DNA from: Octopus sinensis
Taxonomy: Eukaryota
Reading direction: 5' to 3'
Assembly: GCF_006345805.1 (NCBI RefSeq)
Contig: NW_021833041.1
Span: 168,588 to 232,587 of the forward strand
DNA length: 64,000 nt
Shown one piece after another: positions 49,230 to 62,100 of the stretch (position 1 is its first letter; every line of letters begins with the position of its first letter). The notes under the pieces were generated by a model. It had not been told where the DNA came from, did not search any database, and saw only the letters and a program-made list of their open reading frames with translations. Made by a program: the position numbers and the translations under genes.

Positions 49230-50095
49230 ATTTTCAATCCAATGATAAGCTGTTCTCAAATTCACTTGATTTTTGTGATTGCAGTTTGAAGTTTGTAATA
49301 GACAAATTGACTTGAAAATGGTATAGTGTCTCACTGTAGCTCCAAGAGTCTTTTATCGTGCCTTGTACTTTTGTTTGCAAATAATGTAATCTATTTGGTT
49401 GTAGATTTGCTTGATATTCACAAATTTGTCCTTCTGCGGCAGATACATGTCGTTTTATGTCTTGCTGAGGGTCTAAGAGCCATGCTGCATAGAAATACAA
49501 TGTTTTGCAAAATTCATATGATTGTTTCCGGATCCCTATTCCTTGTCTTCCCATGAATTCTTCGTGACTACTCCCACCTCTTGCCTTTGGGTTCCAGTCT
49601 CCCGAAATGTATATCATAAACGAGGTTATCATAGATGCATATACGTGCGACAACGAAGAATGAAGTCGTCTAATTTGTCGCCAACCGCACCGTTGATACT
49701 CTGACAGAGGTTGGAGCGTATACATTGATAATTGAGACTATGGAATCGTTTTTAACCGTATTTTAATTTTATGACACATATTCTGTCATTCACTCTCCAC
49801 GACTTGTGGATTCGATTGTTCAGTTTTTTTGTGTATTGCGAAGCCCATGCCGTAGTGTGGACAGTTTGAAAGGTGTAAGGTGTAAAAATCATCGTTGATT
49901 ATGTCTAGTCCATCTTTTACTTTCGTTTCCTGTAAGCACGCCACGGATACATTGTACGATCCAAAATTCGCACAAAAATTTCTTCTTTTAGTACTCGACT
50001 TTAATCTTCTTACGTTGAACGAACCAATAGTGAAAGATCTCGAAGAAAAGCACGAAAAAAACATATGTGCAATAGAGTAGCCCTGCTGCAAGATG
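49230..50095 (-). mobile_element. RTE-like LINE APE-endonuclease remnant
   Basis: FTIGSFNVRRL...VACLQETKV...HYGMGFAI (APE NV and LQET motifs). Confidence 0.7.
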
Positions 50096-50129
50096 TAAAC
50101 GAGAAGTTGACATCTCGCCCATCTCGCTC

Positions 50130-50620
50130 AGGCCGACCACACTTTTTTTATTGAAAGATCAAGAGAGAAAGAGAACATGTTACCAAAGAACTAACTAATC
50201 CAAACGAATTCATGTGTCTCTATAAAAGTCAAAGGAAACAGTGTAACCTCTATAAAAGTCCGTTGTTTTTAACCACTGTAAAAGTAAGGCGATGACTGTT
50301 GACCTTCTAGCCACGCAATGCGGGAGTATGCTGTACCATGTTACGCATGGAAGCATAAAGAAGTGCTGAAATCCTTCCACCTTCTGCTCTGCAATAAGTA
50401 TTGCTTGAAGCGAGATAGACAGGTCACTAAATACCACAAGGGGTACTTAACAGTTGGATGTAGATAAGTTTCTACAAGCACATATCCAGTCAACTGTTCT
50501 TAAAAGAAGTCTGGAGAGTATCTAGTTTGATGCTCGCCGATCCAGTCCTTTCCTGACATTTAGTCAGCGAGAGGCGCTGGACTGCACTTTCTTGGAGGTC
50601 TACATCCGAATATATTGCGA
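50130..50620 (+). mobile_element. R4/NeSL-like RLE retrotransposon C-terminal remnant
   Basis: HCKSKAMTVDLLATQCGSMLY..., with a DNA match to 53340-53760. Confidence 0.7.
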
Positions 50621-50679
50621 TGGTTTAAGTCATTTAAATATAGAAGGAGAATTATTTATTACTACGTCAAATATAATTT

Positions 50680-52250
50680 TCATAATTTGAATGTTCTCTT
50701 ACATCCTAGAATATTAAAAAAAATTTTGTAAACCTAAATAAGAATTCTTTGAAAAAACTGGAATATCAATGCTGAAATTTTCACACTTAACTGGTCCATC
50801 GTTCCATATTAAATCAAAATTTCCGATCCTGATTGATCCAGATTGTAATCTATTTTATTCATTACTGTACAGACAAATCTCACTGTCCTTCCATATCTAT
50901 TACTGAAATTAAATCGTTGAGCATTTCAAATTTTAAATCAAAGTCTTCTTTATTCGTTGATAACAATGACGGATATCCATTAACTTCTATCAGCCATCTA
51001 TCTCCAAAAATTTGTTAGAATTCAATATTTTACGGTTTTAATGTTGAGTCAAATAAAACATCATACCCGTAAAGTTCAAAGCAATGTGAATCATGTAAAA
51101 CTGATCTCTGAACACTCATGAGCGAAATTATGATTAATTCATCAATTTTCCAAAATAACTTGTTTACCTTTCAATAAAAATTAAAAATGTACTTTATCGA
51201 TTCCATGAAATGCAGTGAGATATTGTCGAAGTTTGCTTATTGGCCATTTACATCCTCTTTCATGATGGTATGTTGGTGATGTTTTTTGAATAGCAACATT
51301 TGTAAGATGACAATCTAAAAAGTTTATTACTTATAAGCTACACAAATTTTCAATCGAATCATTGTTATATCGAGATGTGGAAAATCTTGAAAAGCCTTCT
51401 CTGTATAACCATACCTGTAATGGTTCGAACTATATAATAATATTTTAAAACATAAAACAGATGTGACTAAAACATAAAGACGAATATCAAATTTCCTCAA
51501 TCCAATAAGGTAAGGATTGTCGATATATTGCTGAACAATATATGGTTCAGGTTGTTGACGTCCAGTTTCGATCAGTCTTGAGTTTTCATTCTGCAATAAT
51601 AAGTAATCTATTTACTTTTCTCCATTCAATAATGTCTCTTAATCGTCGGAAAAGAAATATTCCACGGCCTTGCGCTGCATTTGCCGGTTTTGCAATCCAA
51701 ATACTGTTTTGGCATCTTTTAAAGTTTTCTGTAAAAATTAAAAAGTCCGCCTTAATAGACTTATTAGAATAAATAAAAAAACTGGAATTTCAAACGTCGT
51801 TGGAAGGAAATCAATTCTTATGAAATAAAAACAATTTATAAATTACATGCTAGCAAATTCATGATTTCCTTCTTTTATAAGTTTCTTTTTATGTCTAATA
51901 ATATTTCTTGATAACATATTTTTTGAGCATAACTAAAAAAATAATCATTTTAACTACAAACTTCTCCGTTGTTTTTAAAATGGCATATTTTGTTATGCTC
52001 CCGAGAAAAGTAAATAAAATGATTTTGTTGCATAAATTCACGATCGCACCAAAAGAAATCCCAATCATCGCTGTAGTTAATAATATTTTGGTAATTTAAA
52101 ATTATACTTGCTAGTAGGTTCCCAATTTTTTCTAGCTAGTAAGACCTGGTATATAACGGATTGATTGTTAAAACATTTCCATTTCACTTTCCTATTTCTA
52201 CTGAATAATTTTCAATAATCATACTGAATATATTTTCTTTGACGCACCAT
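50680..52250 (-). CDS. TTLL9: Tubulin polyglutamylase TTLL9-like
   Basis: [89 protein letters not shown]. The last motif favours TTLL9 over TTLL1. Confidence 0.85.
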
Positions 52251-53199
52251 TAAGAATTATTACTAGGAAACAAGGTTTTAACATGTTTATATATTTTATA
52301 AGACAGATTCAAAAAATTATCAATTTCTTGCATACATTAAATGTTTAAAGGGATCTTCATATCTGTATCTTAAATGTCAGATTATAAAATTTTTTTAATG
52401 TTATACGACAAATTTATCAAACCAATTCTATTTTACAACTCTTGGACCAGTGCACCTCAAAAGAATTGGAGAGGCTAAACTTGTTTTACAAAAATCAACT
52501 AAAAAACATAACTGGAACGGTCTGGCAATCCAGAATCTCGGGAACCAGACTCTTTACCTTAGAGAAATATCTTTCAACCGAGCAGGAAGTTGGCTGACAA
52601 TTCAGGAGTAATGCATACTCGGCAAGAGATGTGTGTGAATTGGTCATTTTAATTATGTTTGAAATATCATTGTTGAAGCCTTTTATTTATATATTCTTTG
52701 ATAAATTTGTTGTCATTTCCAAATTCCAACAATTCTAAACCATCATATGCTTGTTCAATTATGAAACGTGTACTTTCAAATTTCGTAATAATATCTGCAA
52801 TAGCGACATTATTTGGAAAGCTGGAATGTTCGAATAGCTTCGAATAAGGTCACATAGTTTTTGAAACTTTCTTTAGCTGTTCGAACTAGATATCTATCAT
52901 CCGCAAATAATTCAAAAATATTTTGAACTCCGATCAGATTTTCTGAATAGTATGTAGCGGCCTTAAGTCAGGACCGCCATACTGTCAAATGAACACGAGG
53001 TGGAATGGTGATGTTTCTGTCTTTGAATATTAATTTATTTTATTGTTCTTATTAATTGCAGGTTGTACAAAATCACTAATCAATCAATTTCAGAATAAGG
53101 ATCTCTTATTTTCTCACAACAATTGTGTAATAGATGAACGGCAAATGTGACTGGAATAACACGCAATATTTTAGTAATATTGAAAATAATTAAATATAT

Positions 53200-53830
53200 T
53201 GTTTAACCTTGGCACAAGACTTTCTTTAGCAGCCTAGACAACCCGCACATTGACGTATCGTCGTCATCAACGTGGCTGAAATATGAGAATAACTCTCCCC
53301 GATCAGAAAGGTTATTCTCATATTTGCAAGACAGAAACTTTTTTAATGGTCAACGGAAACAGTGTAATCACTGTAAGAGTAAGGCAATGACCGTTGACCA
53401 TTTAGCAACGAAATGCGGGAGTATGCTTTACCATGATTACACATGGAGGCATAACGAGGTGGTGAGGTCCCTCCATCTTTTGCTCTGCAATAAGTATGGC
53501 TTGAGGCGGTCCAGAAAGTGCGAGGCGGTCCAGTCATCCCGAGTGTGATGACATGGGATGGACTGGTCACCAAATACCACAAGCGGTACTTAAGACAGTT
53601 GGGTGTATATAAGTCTCTACAGGCTTATATACAAGCAACTGTTCTTAAGAGGACTCTGGAGAGTGTCTCGTTTGATGCTCGCCGATCCAGCCCTTTCCTG
53701 ACGTTTAGTAAGCGAGAGACGCTGGAATGCACTTTCTCGAAGGTCTACAGTGCCAGAGAAGAGGAGGAAGAATGGGAGGAGGTGCATAGAGTTCCACCCT
53801 CTGCTCACTTCGAAGGCTCTGGACATAGTT
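53200..53830 (+). mobile_element. R4/NeSL-like RLE retrotransposon C-terminal remnant
   Basis: QCNHCKSKAMTVDHLATKCGSMLYHDYTWRHNEVVRSLHLLLCNKYG (CCHC knuckle)...MTWDGLVTKYHKRY. Internally deleted. Confidence 0.8.
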
Positions 53831-53869
53831 AGAAAAATTAGATTTGGAGGCGACACTCAGAGACTCGAC

Positions 53870-54370
53870 TATTAATGGACAATCTAACTCAAATTGAAGA
53901 TTTATGTAAACGATATCAACTATATATTTAGCGATGAGAAAACATTAAACCATATACAGACAAAGATGGCAGATGTGCTAGAAAAATGATTTATTAAAAT
54001 TAAAGCCGAGAAGACGAAGACAACAGCCATACGCCGCAAATTAACTCGAACTAATGAAAAATGGAAATACTGTAAAATAATGAGGTCGCTTCTCGGAGAT
54101 CCCGAGGATATTACAAACAGAGAAATGTTGGCCGTCGCGGCCTTTAGAGAAATGAAAGTAATCTGGATTTATAGTAAACAAATCAGCACACAATTATGTA
54201 TAAACTATACAATGCCTTCGTAAAACCGGTCCTAATGTACAATGCTGCAACCTGAGGAGTCTCCCAAACCTTAATGAAAAACTAGATTTTTTCAATTGCA
54301 AACAACTCGGACTGTTGCTTGGCATCAACTGGCTAAAGAATATAACAAACAAGAATCTATACAAAATATG
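53870..54370 (+). mobile_element. RTE-like LINE RT C-terminal remnant (a related scrap lies at 52430-52600)
   Basis: WKYCKI..SLLGD.EDI.NR..LA.AAF..M..IW...KPVLMYNAAT*G. Confidence 0.55.
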
Positions 54371-54379
54371 TAATTCATT

Positions 54380-54990
54380 AAAAAGAAAAGTTGTTTACAT
54401 AAAAATGTACTTCCAAACATTGACGCTAATGCGGTTAACAAAATCTTTGCAGCTAATGCTGTTAAGACGGGATACTTATTTATAAAAGCTATCTAAATCG
54501 TATCCCTCTTTTAGTAGAAGACAAATAATCTACAAATCAATCATTTCCATTTGCAAGATCAGGAATGGTGATCGAAAAACAGTAAATTACTTTTCAAGTT
54601 AGCGGAAAATTTCAAAAAGTGTCTCAAATTGTCGAAGCAATCGTGTTATTTTCTCCCTGTAACGATTCATATCAACATTTGATGTGGTGGAAATTACACT
54701 TAAAAATGTTCATTGTTTTTCACTGTCAATTATGTAGCTTTAAAGTGAAAGCTTGTATGCATTCTAAATACTGTGTAACAATTTATCTTGACCTTTTAAA
54801 TTTATGTTGAGCGTGTTCAGATGTTATGTAGAATCCCTCAAAAATGCTGAGTTTAGCTCAGACAGCGGCCTTATTGTCACCTCGAAATTTGGCAAAAAAT
54901 TGCTGATTCTGCAAACATGCAAATAGCGTATCAAACTTATCCGTTCTCATTTTTTACATCAAGTTATTGTATTCATAATGGGTTTCCTAA
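54380..54990 (-). mobile_element. hAT (GTF2IRD2-like) remnant
   Basis: KYPVLTALAAKILL..SMFGSTFLCKQLF (dimerisation motif). 54860-54955 matches 35020-35120 at DNA level. Confidence 0.65.
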
Positions 54991-55108
54991 TACTTAGGAA
55001 GGCAAGTTAGTTTGTTGAATAGTCAATTATAAATTCATTTTTGTGATTTATAAAACTAAAAGTTATTTATTGTTAATTTTTAATGAAATTAATGATTCGT
55101 TAATACTT

Positions 55109-56952
55109 TTAATTTAATACAGGTTGATAGTTTTCAACCCTCTGAAGTAATGTTTGTGAATATCCAGGAGAATAATACCTATTTATATCAAAAATATAAC
55201 TAACCTGACTACTTCTTCAGGAAAGCAAGAATTAATAGTATTTATATATTCTGCTAAAGCTGAACCAGGAGAAGGCTGAATTTCCTGCATTTTTTTGAGG
55301 CCTCCGCTACTTACAAACATTGTTCTAGCTTTTGGATCATGAGGTAAAACCTAAAATTTAAATTAATTTTTAGCGTAAAAATATATTACTTTACTAAATT
55401 GGCATATCACATGCTTTAATATACTGGGTGGAGCATCATATAAAAGTTGTTCTAGTGCTGGTAGATGTACACATTTTTGAAGAACAATTTTTAATGCTCT
55501 TTTGGACTAATATATTGATTTTAATAATAAAAATATCACTTTGCTTTTTAGATCATCGCTTGATGAAGGTTCAAGATAGCAACATAAAAGTTTTGTTAAC
55601 ACATTTGACATTGCTATTGTCTTAGCATGCTCGGGAGTGTGTCTACCAATTTGTCCTATTGACCAGCATGAAGCTGCTTTCAAATAATCCTCTGTTTCTT
55701 CATTAATACAAATAGCTAATTGAACGACTCCCTTTAAAGTAAAATTATATAAAATATACTTTAGCCATTATAATTCCCGTTGCTAAATTTTCTGAGTGAG
55801 CAGCGATATAACCAAGCATCATTATTCCAGGAAGTCGTATCCCTCCTTTTGTAGAAGACAAATAATCTACAACTGCTGCAACGCCCCCTGAATTCATTAT
55901 AAGTTGAGAAAGCTTAATTTAAATAAAATCTATACCTCTGCAGTGTGCTTTACAATTTCTCTCATTAATATAGCCACATTTTTTATAACCTGCTGATCAG
56001 GGTCTTTTAGATTTATATATGCCGAAGGAAATATTTCAGATTCGACTACCATCTCAGTTAAATCCACAGAATGTTTTGCAATCTGGCTCAGTGCAAAGAA
56101 AACTTGTCTCTATACATAAATAGTCAGAATAAAAAAACTTTAAGACCAGAATCTGGATTTAGTATAAGTTGTGCTAAATGAGCAATTGTCCCAGCGTCCA
56201 CGACAGTGTGAGCCAAAACAAGTGAATGTTTTGAAATATCACTGATTGCACTACATGATATCCGCTTTAATGAGATTTCAGGCTCTTGAATGCACAAAAT
56301 TAACAAAGGAACAGCTCCAGCCTCAACTACAGCTTGGGCAAGATCTAAAAAAACTAAAATCGATTATGTTTACCTTCAGAGTGGCGTGCAATATATCCAA
56401 GTGCCCAACATGCAGCTTCCTTAACGCTCGGATCGAATTCTTCCAAACATATCATCAATGCATCTAAAGCACCAGAATTTACGACCCTGCGTGCTAATTC
56501 TGGAGAATGCTTAGCAACAGCTCGTAATACAAAAGCCGCAGCTTTTTTATAAAATCTCTGTTAGATTAAGTATATAACATTAAAAATTTAAGTTATAATA
56601 ATAACTTTAGATAGTTTTAAAGGATCTTACATTTTGTTTCGAAATAGAATCAACAAGATGAGTTAAAATATTTTCATTAACGAGCGTTGTAGCTAAATCA
56701 TGATTTTGATTTGCCAGTCTTCCTAGTGCCAATGCTGCAGTTTGTTGTATTGTTGGAATAACGTCAATCAAAAGAGGTTTTAGTAAAGAAACGACTCCTG
56801 CCTTTTGTAAAATTTCAATATTTTGTTGACGCGCAGACAGTTCAGCAATTGTTTGAACAAATTGAGTTCTGGATTTTTGATATGATTCAAAAACTAAAAT
56901 ATATCTATCGGCCCACAAAATTGTAACCATGAAAGATTTGACGGTTAGCCAT
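55109..56952 (-). CDS. SPAG6: Sperm-associated antigen 6 (PF16, central-pair armadillo protein)
   Basis: MANRQIFH|VFESYQKSRTQFVQTIAEL..TIQQTAALALGRLAN..LCIQEPEISLKRI..YYSPGYSQTLLQRVENYQPVLN*. Confidence 0.97.
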
Positions 56953-57390
56953 TTCTGTATAGATACTATTTCTATGGAGAAATTACAAATGTATAAATAA
57001 ATGAATAATAATAAACAAAAAATTCAACAAATGGCTAAATTATGTATAAAAATATTTCTTCAGAAAATATTAACTAAAAAATGTCTATCATAACCACTCT
57101 TTAGTACCAACTAACCGTTTTAGAAAGTATCGCTTCCTCGGCAAAAATTTTCAATTTAAAATAAGAAAACCTAGCTTTCGAAATATTGAGCTTAAGATTT
57201 ACTTATTAATTTTTCTTAAAATAAAATATATTATGTCATGTCACTTACGCGTTAGCGGGGATTTTCATCAACGAATAATTTATTATTTCAGTAATGGAAA
57301 CGACAACCTATAGTGGTTATATAAAAGATGCAGAAGAATACATCAATTATGAATGTAATATTTGGAAACTGAAAATTTTGTTTTTCAATT

Positions 57391-59085
57391 TTATTTATCT
57401 AGTTCATTTATCATTTTTATAACTTGTGATATGAATAGATCTTTTTTATACACAGTTAACATCACAATTTGCGAACAAAAAAGATTATAAAACCAGAAGA
57501 CCCCGAAGATCACGTATTTTCCTTTTACTGAATGAAGGATATCAAACTGATATGATTGTTTTGAGAAAGCTACAAAATATAAATATTTACTACAATAGTT
57601 TTTAACCATTCTTAATGTACAAATATTTGCTTTGTCACTTTCTGAAATTGCTTGAAACAAATCTGCAAAGACAGTTTTTAAAAATTTAAAAGAAATATTC
57701 ACCATTTAAATAACTGCAGGAGAAAGTTGAAAGCTTTAGTAAAATTTTTTTATTAGTGGAAATTGTTAAAAAAATCTAGCTATTATGTACTGACTCGCAG
57801 GATTGAAAGACAATTCCCGCGTAAAACAGCCAACGAGATCCTCGGAATAAGGAATATAAATTCCCTGGGATCTCTGGAGCGATAGGTGCACAGATGGACA
57901 AGTTTCTTAAGATGAGCAAGCGTCTTGGCCCCGAAAACACAGGAAGTCTTGACGGCAATTGCTCAAAAGCAAAATCGATCGCGTAAATCCTCGTATTTCG
58001 TTAGTTTCGCGAATTCCGCCTTCTTGGCCGACGAACCGGGTCGACAAGCCGTGGAATTCAAGGCTCCCTTGGCGAAAGAGTCGACACAGTGACGTCCCAA
58101 ACGAGCTGCTTCCCGGATTTAAAAACGAAAAGTCTACAGCCGTCTGGACATTTTGCATTTTCAGGGACAAAACCCGTCGGTTCCAGAATTTGAGGGAAAC
58201 CAGCTCTTTCCAGAGCTTTATAAATTAGATTGTTAATTTCAGTGTGCCGAGGAAATCGGCCGGCGCTCATTCGACAAGACAGAGGATGTAGCCCAAAGGA
58301 GTCAACTTTATCCCCACAACGACAGGGGTGAGGTCTGAAGACAGGGAGTCCAAGGCGATTACAGATACCCAATCGGAGTGAATCCCTATCGAGGACAGTA
58401 TCCAAAAGCGGAGAAAGTAGTACATTCAGACAGGAGCCTGAGTATGGCTGACAGGCAATACAACATAACTGTCCATTCGTGTTCCAGCGAAACTCCTAAA
58501 AAAGATATCGAGGAATCTTTGATTAAACATAAAAATATGCCAAGCACAAGGAAAATTAAAAACGACTAACATTATTCATAATAAAATTTCTACTTAATTT
58601 CTTTGTGGAAATAGATTATATAAATGCCCGGTAAAGCGTTGGTGATAGGTCTATGTTCGTAATGTCACATATTACTTCATGGTTAACTGTTACATGCTAA
58701 AATCCAATGTATTTGGGATATTCAGGTATCCAAGCAATTGATCAGATCAAAGAATGCTTCATGGGCGCACAATTGCATTAATTATTGAGAAACCACTCAA
58801 TTAGTTTTCCGGAAATAAGGGTGAATAATCGAACAAACCTGATACATTTTTCTACAATAAGTAAGAAAATGTAATATAGATCATTGAAGTAAGCATCACC
58901 TCAAGATAATCATGTTTCTGAAAATATATCTTATTCTGTTGCGCATTAACGCATTTAATGAAGAATTCAAATAATGAAGAGATGAAGATTCCATATTTGA
59001 AGAAGAAAAAGTTAATAACTCCAAAGTTGTAACAAATAGTTGAAAAATGACTAGACATATACTTGTCTCTGGCTCTGAGCACCAA
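57391..59085 (-). CDS. Possible small spliced gene with hydrophobic segments, apparently interrupted by a CRE fragment
   Basis: ORFs 58852-59085 and 57391-57705 with plausible short introns, divergent from VPS11. No family recognised. Confidence 0.3.
57780..58500 (-). mobile_element. 5'-truncated decayed CRE retrotransposon
   Basis: LRLGICNRLGLPVFRPHPCRCGDKVDSFGLHPLSCRMSAGRFPRHTEIN..KCPDG..LVWDVT...RISLAVLRGNCLSI. Confidence 0.88.
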
Positions 59086-59175
59086 CGTATTTTAGAAATA
59101 AAAAAAGTTAATTAATTGATAGTTTAATTTTTTTCTTGATAGCTTACAAAAAATATTTTGATTTAAATTCTGATT

Positions 59176-62100
59176 ATGAATATAGGCCAGGTGCTATGTT
59201 TTGTATTAACGATTTAAATATATTAGAAATGGATTCAGTTCAATTTTTTTAGCTATGAAACAAAAAGTTTGCCGCAAAATTTAAGGTTTTCAGATTTTTC
59301 TAAAGTTAATTTATTAAATAACCTATTTCATTAGAGAACCAATCTTTGTGTAAGTGGCTACAATCAGATTATTGTTGGGCAAGAAAATGGTGAAATAGTC
59401 GTGATATCAGAAAACTTTACTTCAGTTCAATACACGCTTTTTTCACAATGCCTAACTCATTTGTTTCAATTGAAAGCGAGAAATATGATTATCTCATTTG
59501 GGGCATATTCTTTTTTTGATTTCTAGTCAGATTCTACAGTTAATGAAATAACTATGAAAGTTTGGAATTTCGAAAAGGTGAGAATATTGAATTTTATTAA
59601 TAAATAATAGATTGACAAATCTGGTAATCCATATTGCTGTAAAATCCAACATATAGCTACTAACACAGAAATGGGTCAGGTATATATAAGAACAATTAAT
59701 TTCCGTTAGCTTACATGCATATCTGCAAACGAAGCAGCTGGTGTAATAGTTTGTGGTTTCACTTCTGGGACGGTAGAGATCATTTATAATGATATTACAA
59801 GAGTAAAGTACGGATAATAATTAATTTATAAATAATTAAGAAAATCTCGGATACAAACAATTTGTAATGAAACATCTCCTATAACCGGATTGGCCATTAA
59901 ATATCGCAATGGTACAATAGTGGTTTTCGTGACGACATCTAATTGCGTATTTTCTATTTATTGGAATTTTAAAGAACAAAAATCTTTTAAGGTTTGAATT
60001 TACACGTAAAACATATTAAAAGAATGTAATTGATGATTCTTTTGGATGTGGGTTAGGCTGCTCAACACTTGGAAACTATTTAGTAAAAAATCAATTTTTT
60101 GTAGCGTTTAAAAATGTTAGATTTCTCAGATTCTTATATAAAAAATAGATGATTTCATATTGTTATGACGATATCAAGGCCGAGTCAATTCCTACCTTTG
60201 GAAATACTATACAAATTTTTTACGTTAGAGGTTTTATTATCGCATTATGGGACGAAAAATCACCCCAAATCGTAACAGAGTTAAAATTTTGAATTGTGAT
60301 AATAACTAGAGCTCGTCTTGTTGATTATAAAAGACTATCAAAAGTGCAGAACATTACTATCTATGACATTCGAAACGAACTGATAGCATATTCAAATTTA
60401 CTTCCGCCAGTTCTTGGCATTGTAGAAGAATTTGGATTTATCTGTCTTATTTTGAACAACGGAGAAGTTTTCTGTTTAATTTTTAATTTTTAGATTGGCT
60501 TACTAACAGAAAAAAGTCTTAGAGAAAAATTTGACATACTTCTAGAAAGACAGTATTACGATACAGCTGTTCGGTTAAAATTTACTTTATTTTCTTCCAG
60601 ACTCGCAAAAAATTCTGATTTACCTCAACATGAATTAGTCAAGATCGTTCAAAAATGTGGAGATTATCTCTATGAGTATAATATTTGTTACTGTTAATAT
60701 TTACTAGCAAAGGAAATATGAAAGATGCTATTAATCGTTATATATCCACTATTGGAACTGTAGAACCATCGTATGTGATTAGAAAGGTGTTTAATTAATT
60801 CATATTTAATAAATAGTACTTGGATGCCAATAATGTTGAGAATTTGTCGGAATATCTGTTGGAACTTCACAAGAGAAAGGTTGCTACATCCGATCACACT
60901 ACTCTACTTTTTAATTGTCATGCTCGACTAAAAAATCTTAGTACAATTCAAGAATTCATCAAAGCATGTCGTTATTTTAATTTCCATTAGTTGTTAAGTG
61001 GAGTTCACAGCTTTAACGTCGAGATTGCTATTGACGTTTGTCGTCATGTGAAATTTTTTCAATACGCTCTTGATTTAGCAAAGTGGCATAAAATGCACGA
61101 AACTTGGATTTCTATTCAAATTGAAGATTTACAAGATTACAACCAAGTGATCGAATACCTATTGAGTATTGATTCGTCTGATGCATGGAACGTCCTTCAA
61201 ACAAGATCAGAAGAATTGGCCTCAAATTGTTTTGAAAATTTTAGTTATCTTGTCCGGTTTCTTTGGGATTCACTATTTAGTTATACCTGTTGAATAATAT
61301 TATTAGATGATTCCTTTGAATGGAGAGAATTTGTCGATCATACGATTAACATTTTGCGATCCTACTCTGCTAAAATTACATTGGAATTTCTTTATCACAT
61401 ATCAGAGGTACTTTTTAATTATATTATATTTTCAGAACTCAACTAAAGTTTACAATTATATATGTTTTACAATACTCGAGCTTTCGTTGCTACAATATAA
61501 TGAATTAATGAATTCTTCTACTTTACCCTTTGTACCCCTTTTTGATATAATCTTTTATTTAATTAGGATAAACTTGGGGAAATTAGGAAGTCGATTTTTC
61601 TAGTCATAAAGCATATGCAAGTATGATTTGATATCGATTTTAAGATTTCAAATTACGATGACCTGCTTTCCTTATGTCAACAATATTCCTATTCTGAAGG
61701 AATTTTATATTTATATGAATTTAAAAAATTGTATTTCAAATAAGTTTTAAATTTTAGATATTCTCAAATTCTGATGCACTATATAAAAGAGAATGATATT
61801 GATAATGTAATACAGTTTTGTAAAAAATACGGGTTCTAAAAAATTGTATTCGAAAATATAAATTAGAGATGAATCTCCAGAATTGTGGATACGAGCTATT
61901 CCTTTTCTTTTGACAAATACTTTATTAGATGACTGCCATATTAAACAGCTTCTTGATTTAGTTTTGGATAATCCAGATGTATCTGGGTTACTAGTAATCC
62001 AGACACTTTTAAAAAAAAATGACGTGAAATTTGGAGCTATCAAGGCTTAAATATTTATATGAATTTTGTAGGATTATATCATTAAATTTCACCATCAACA

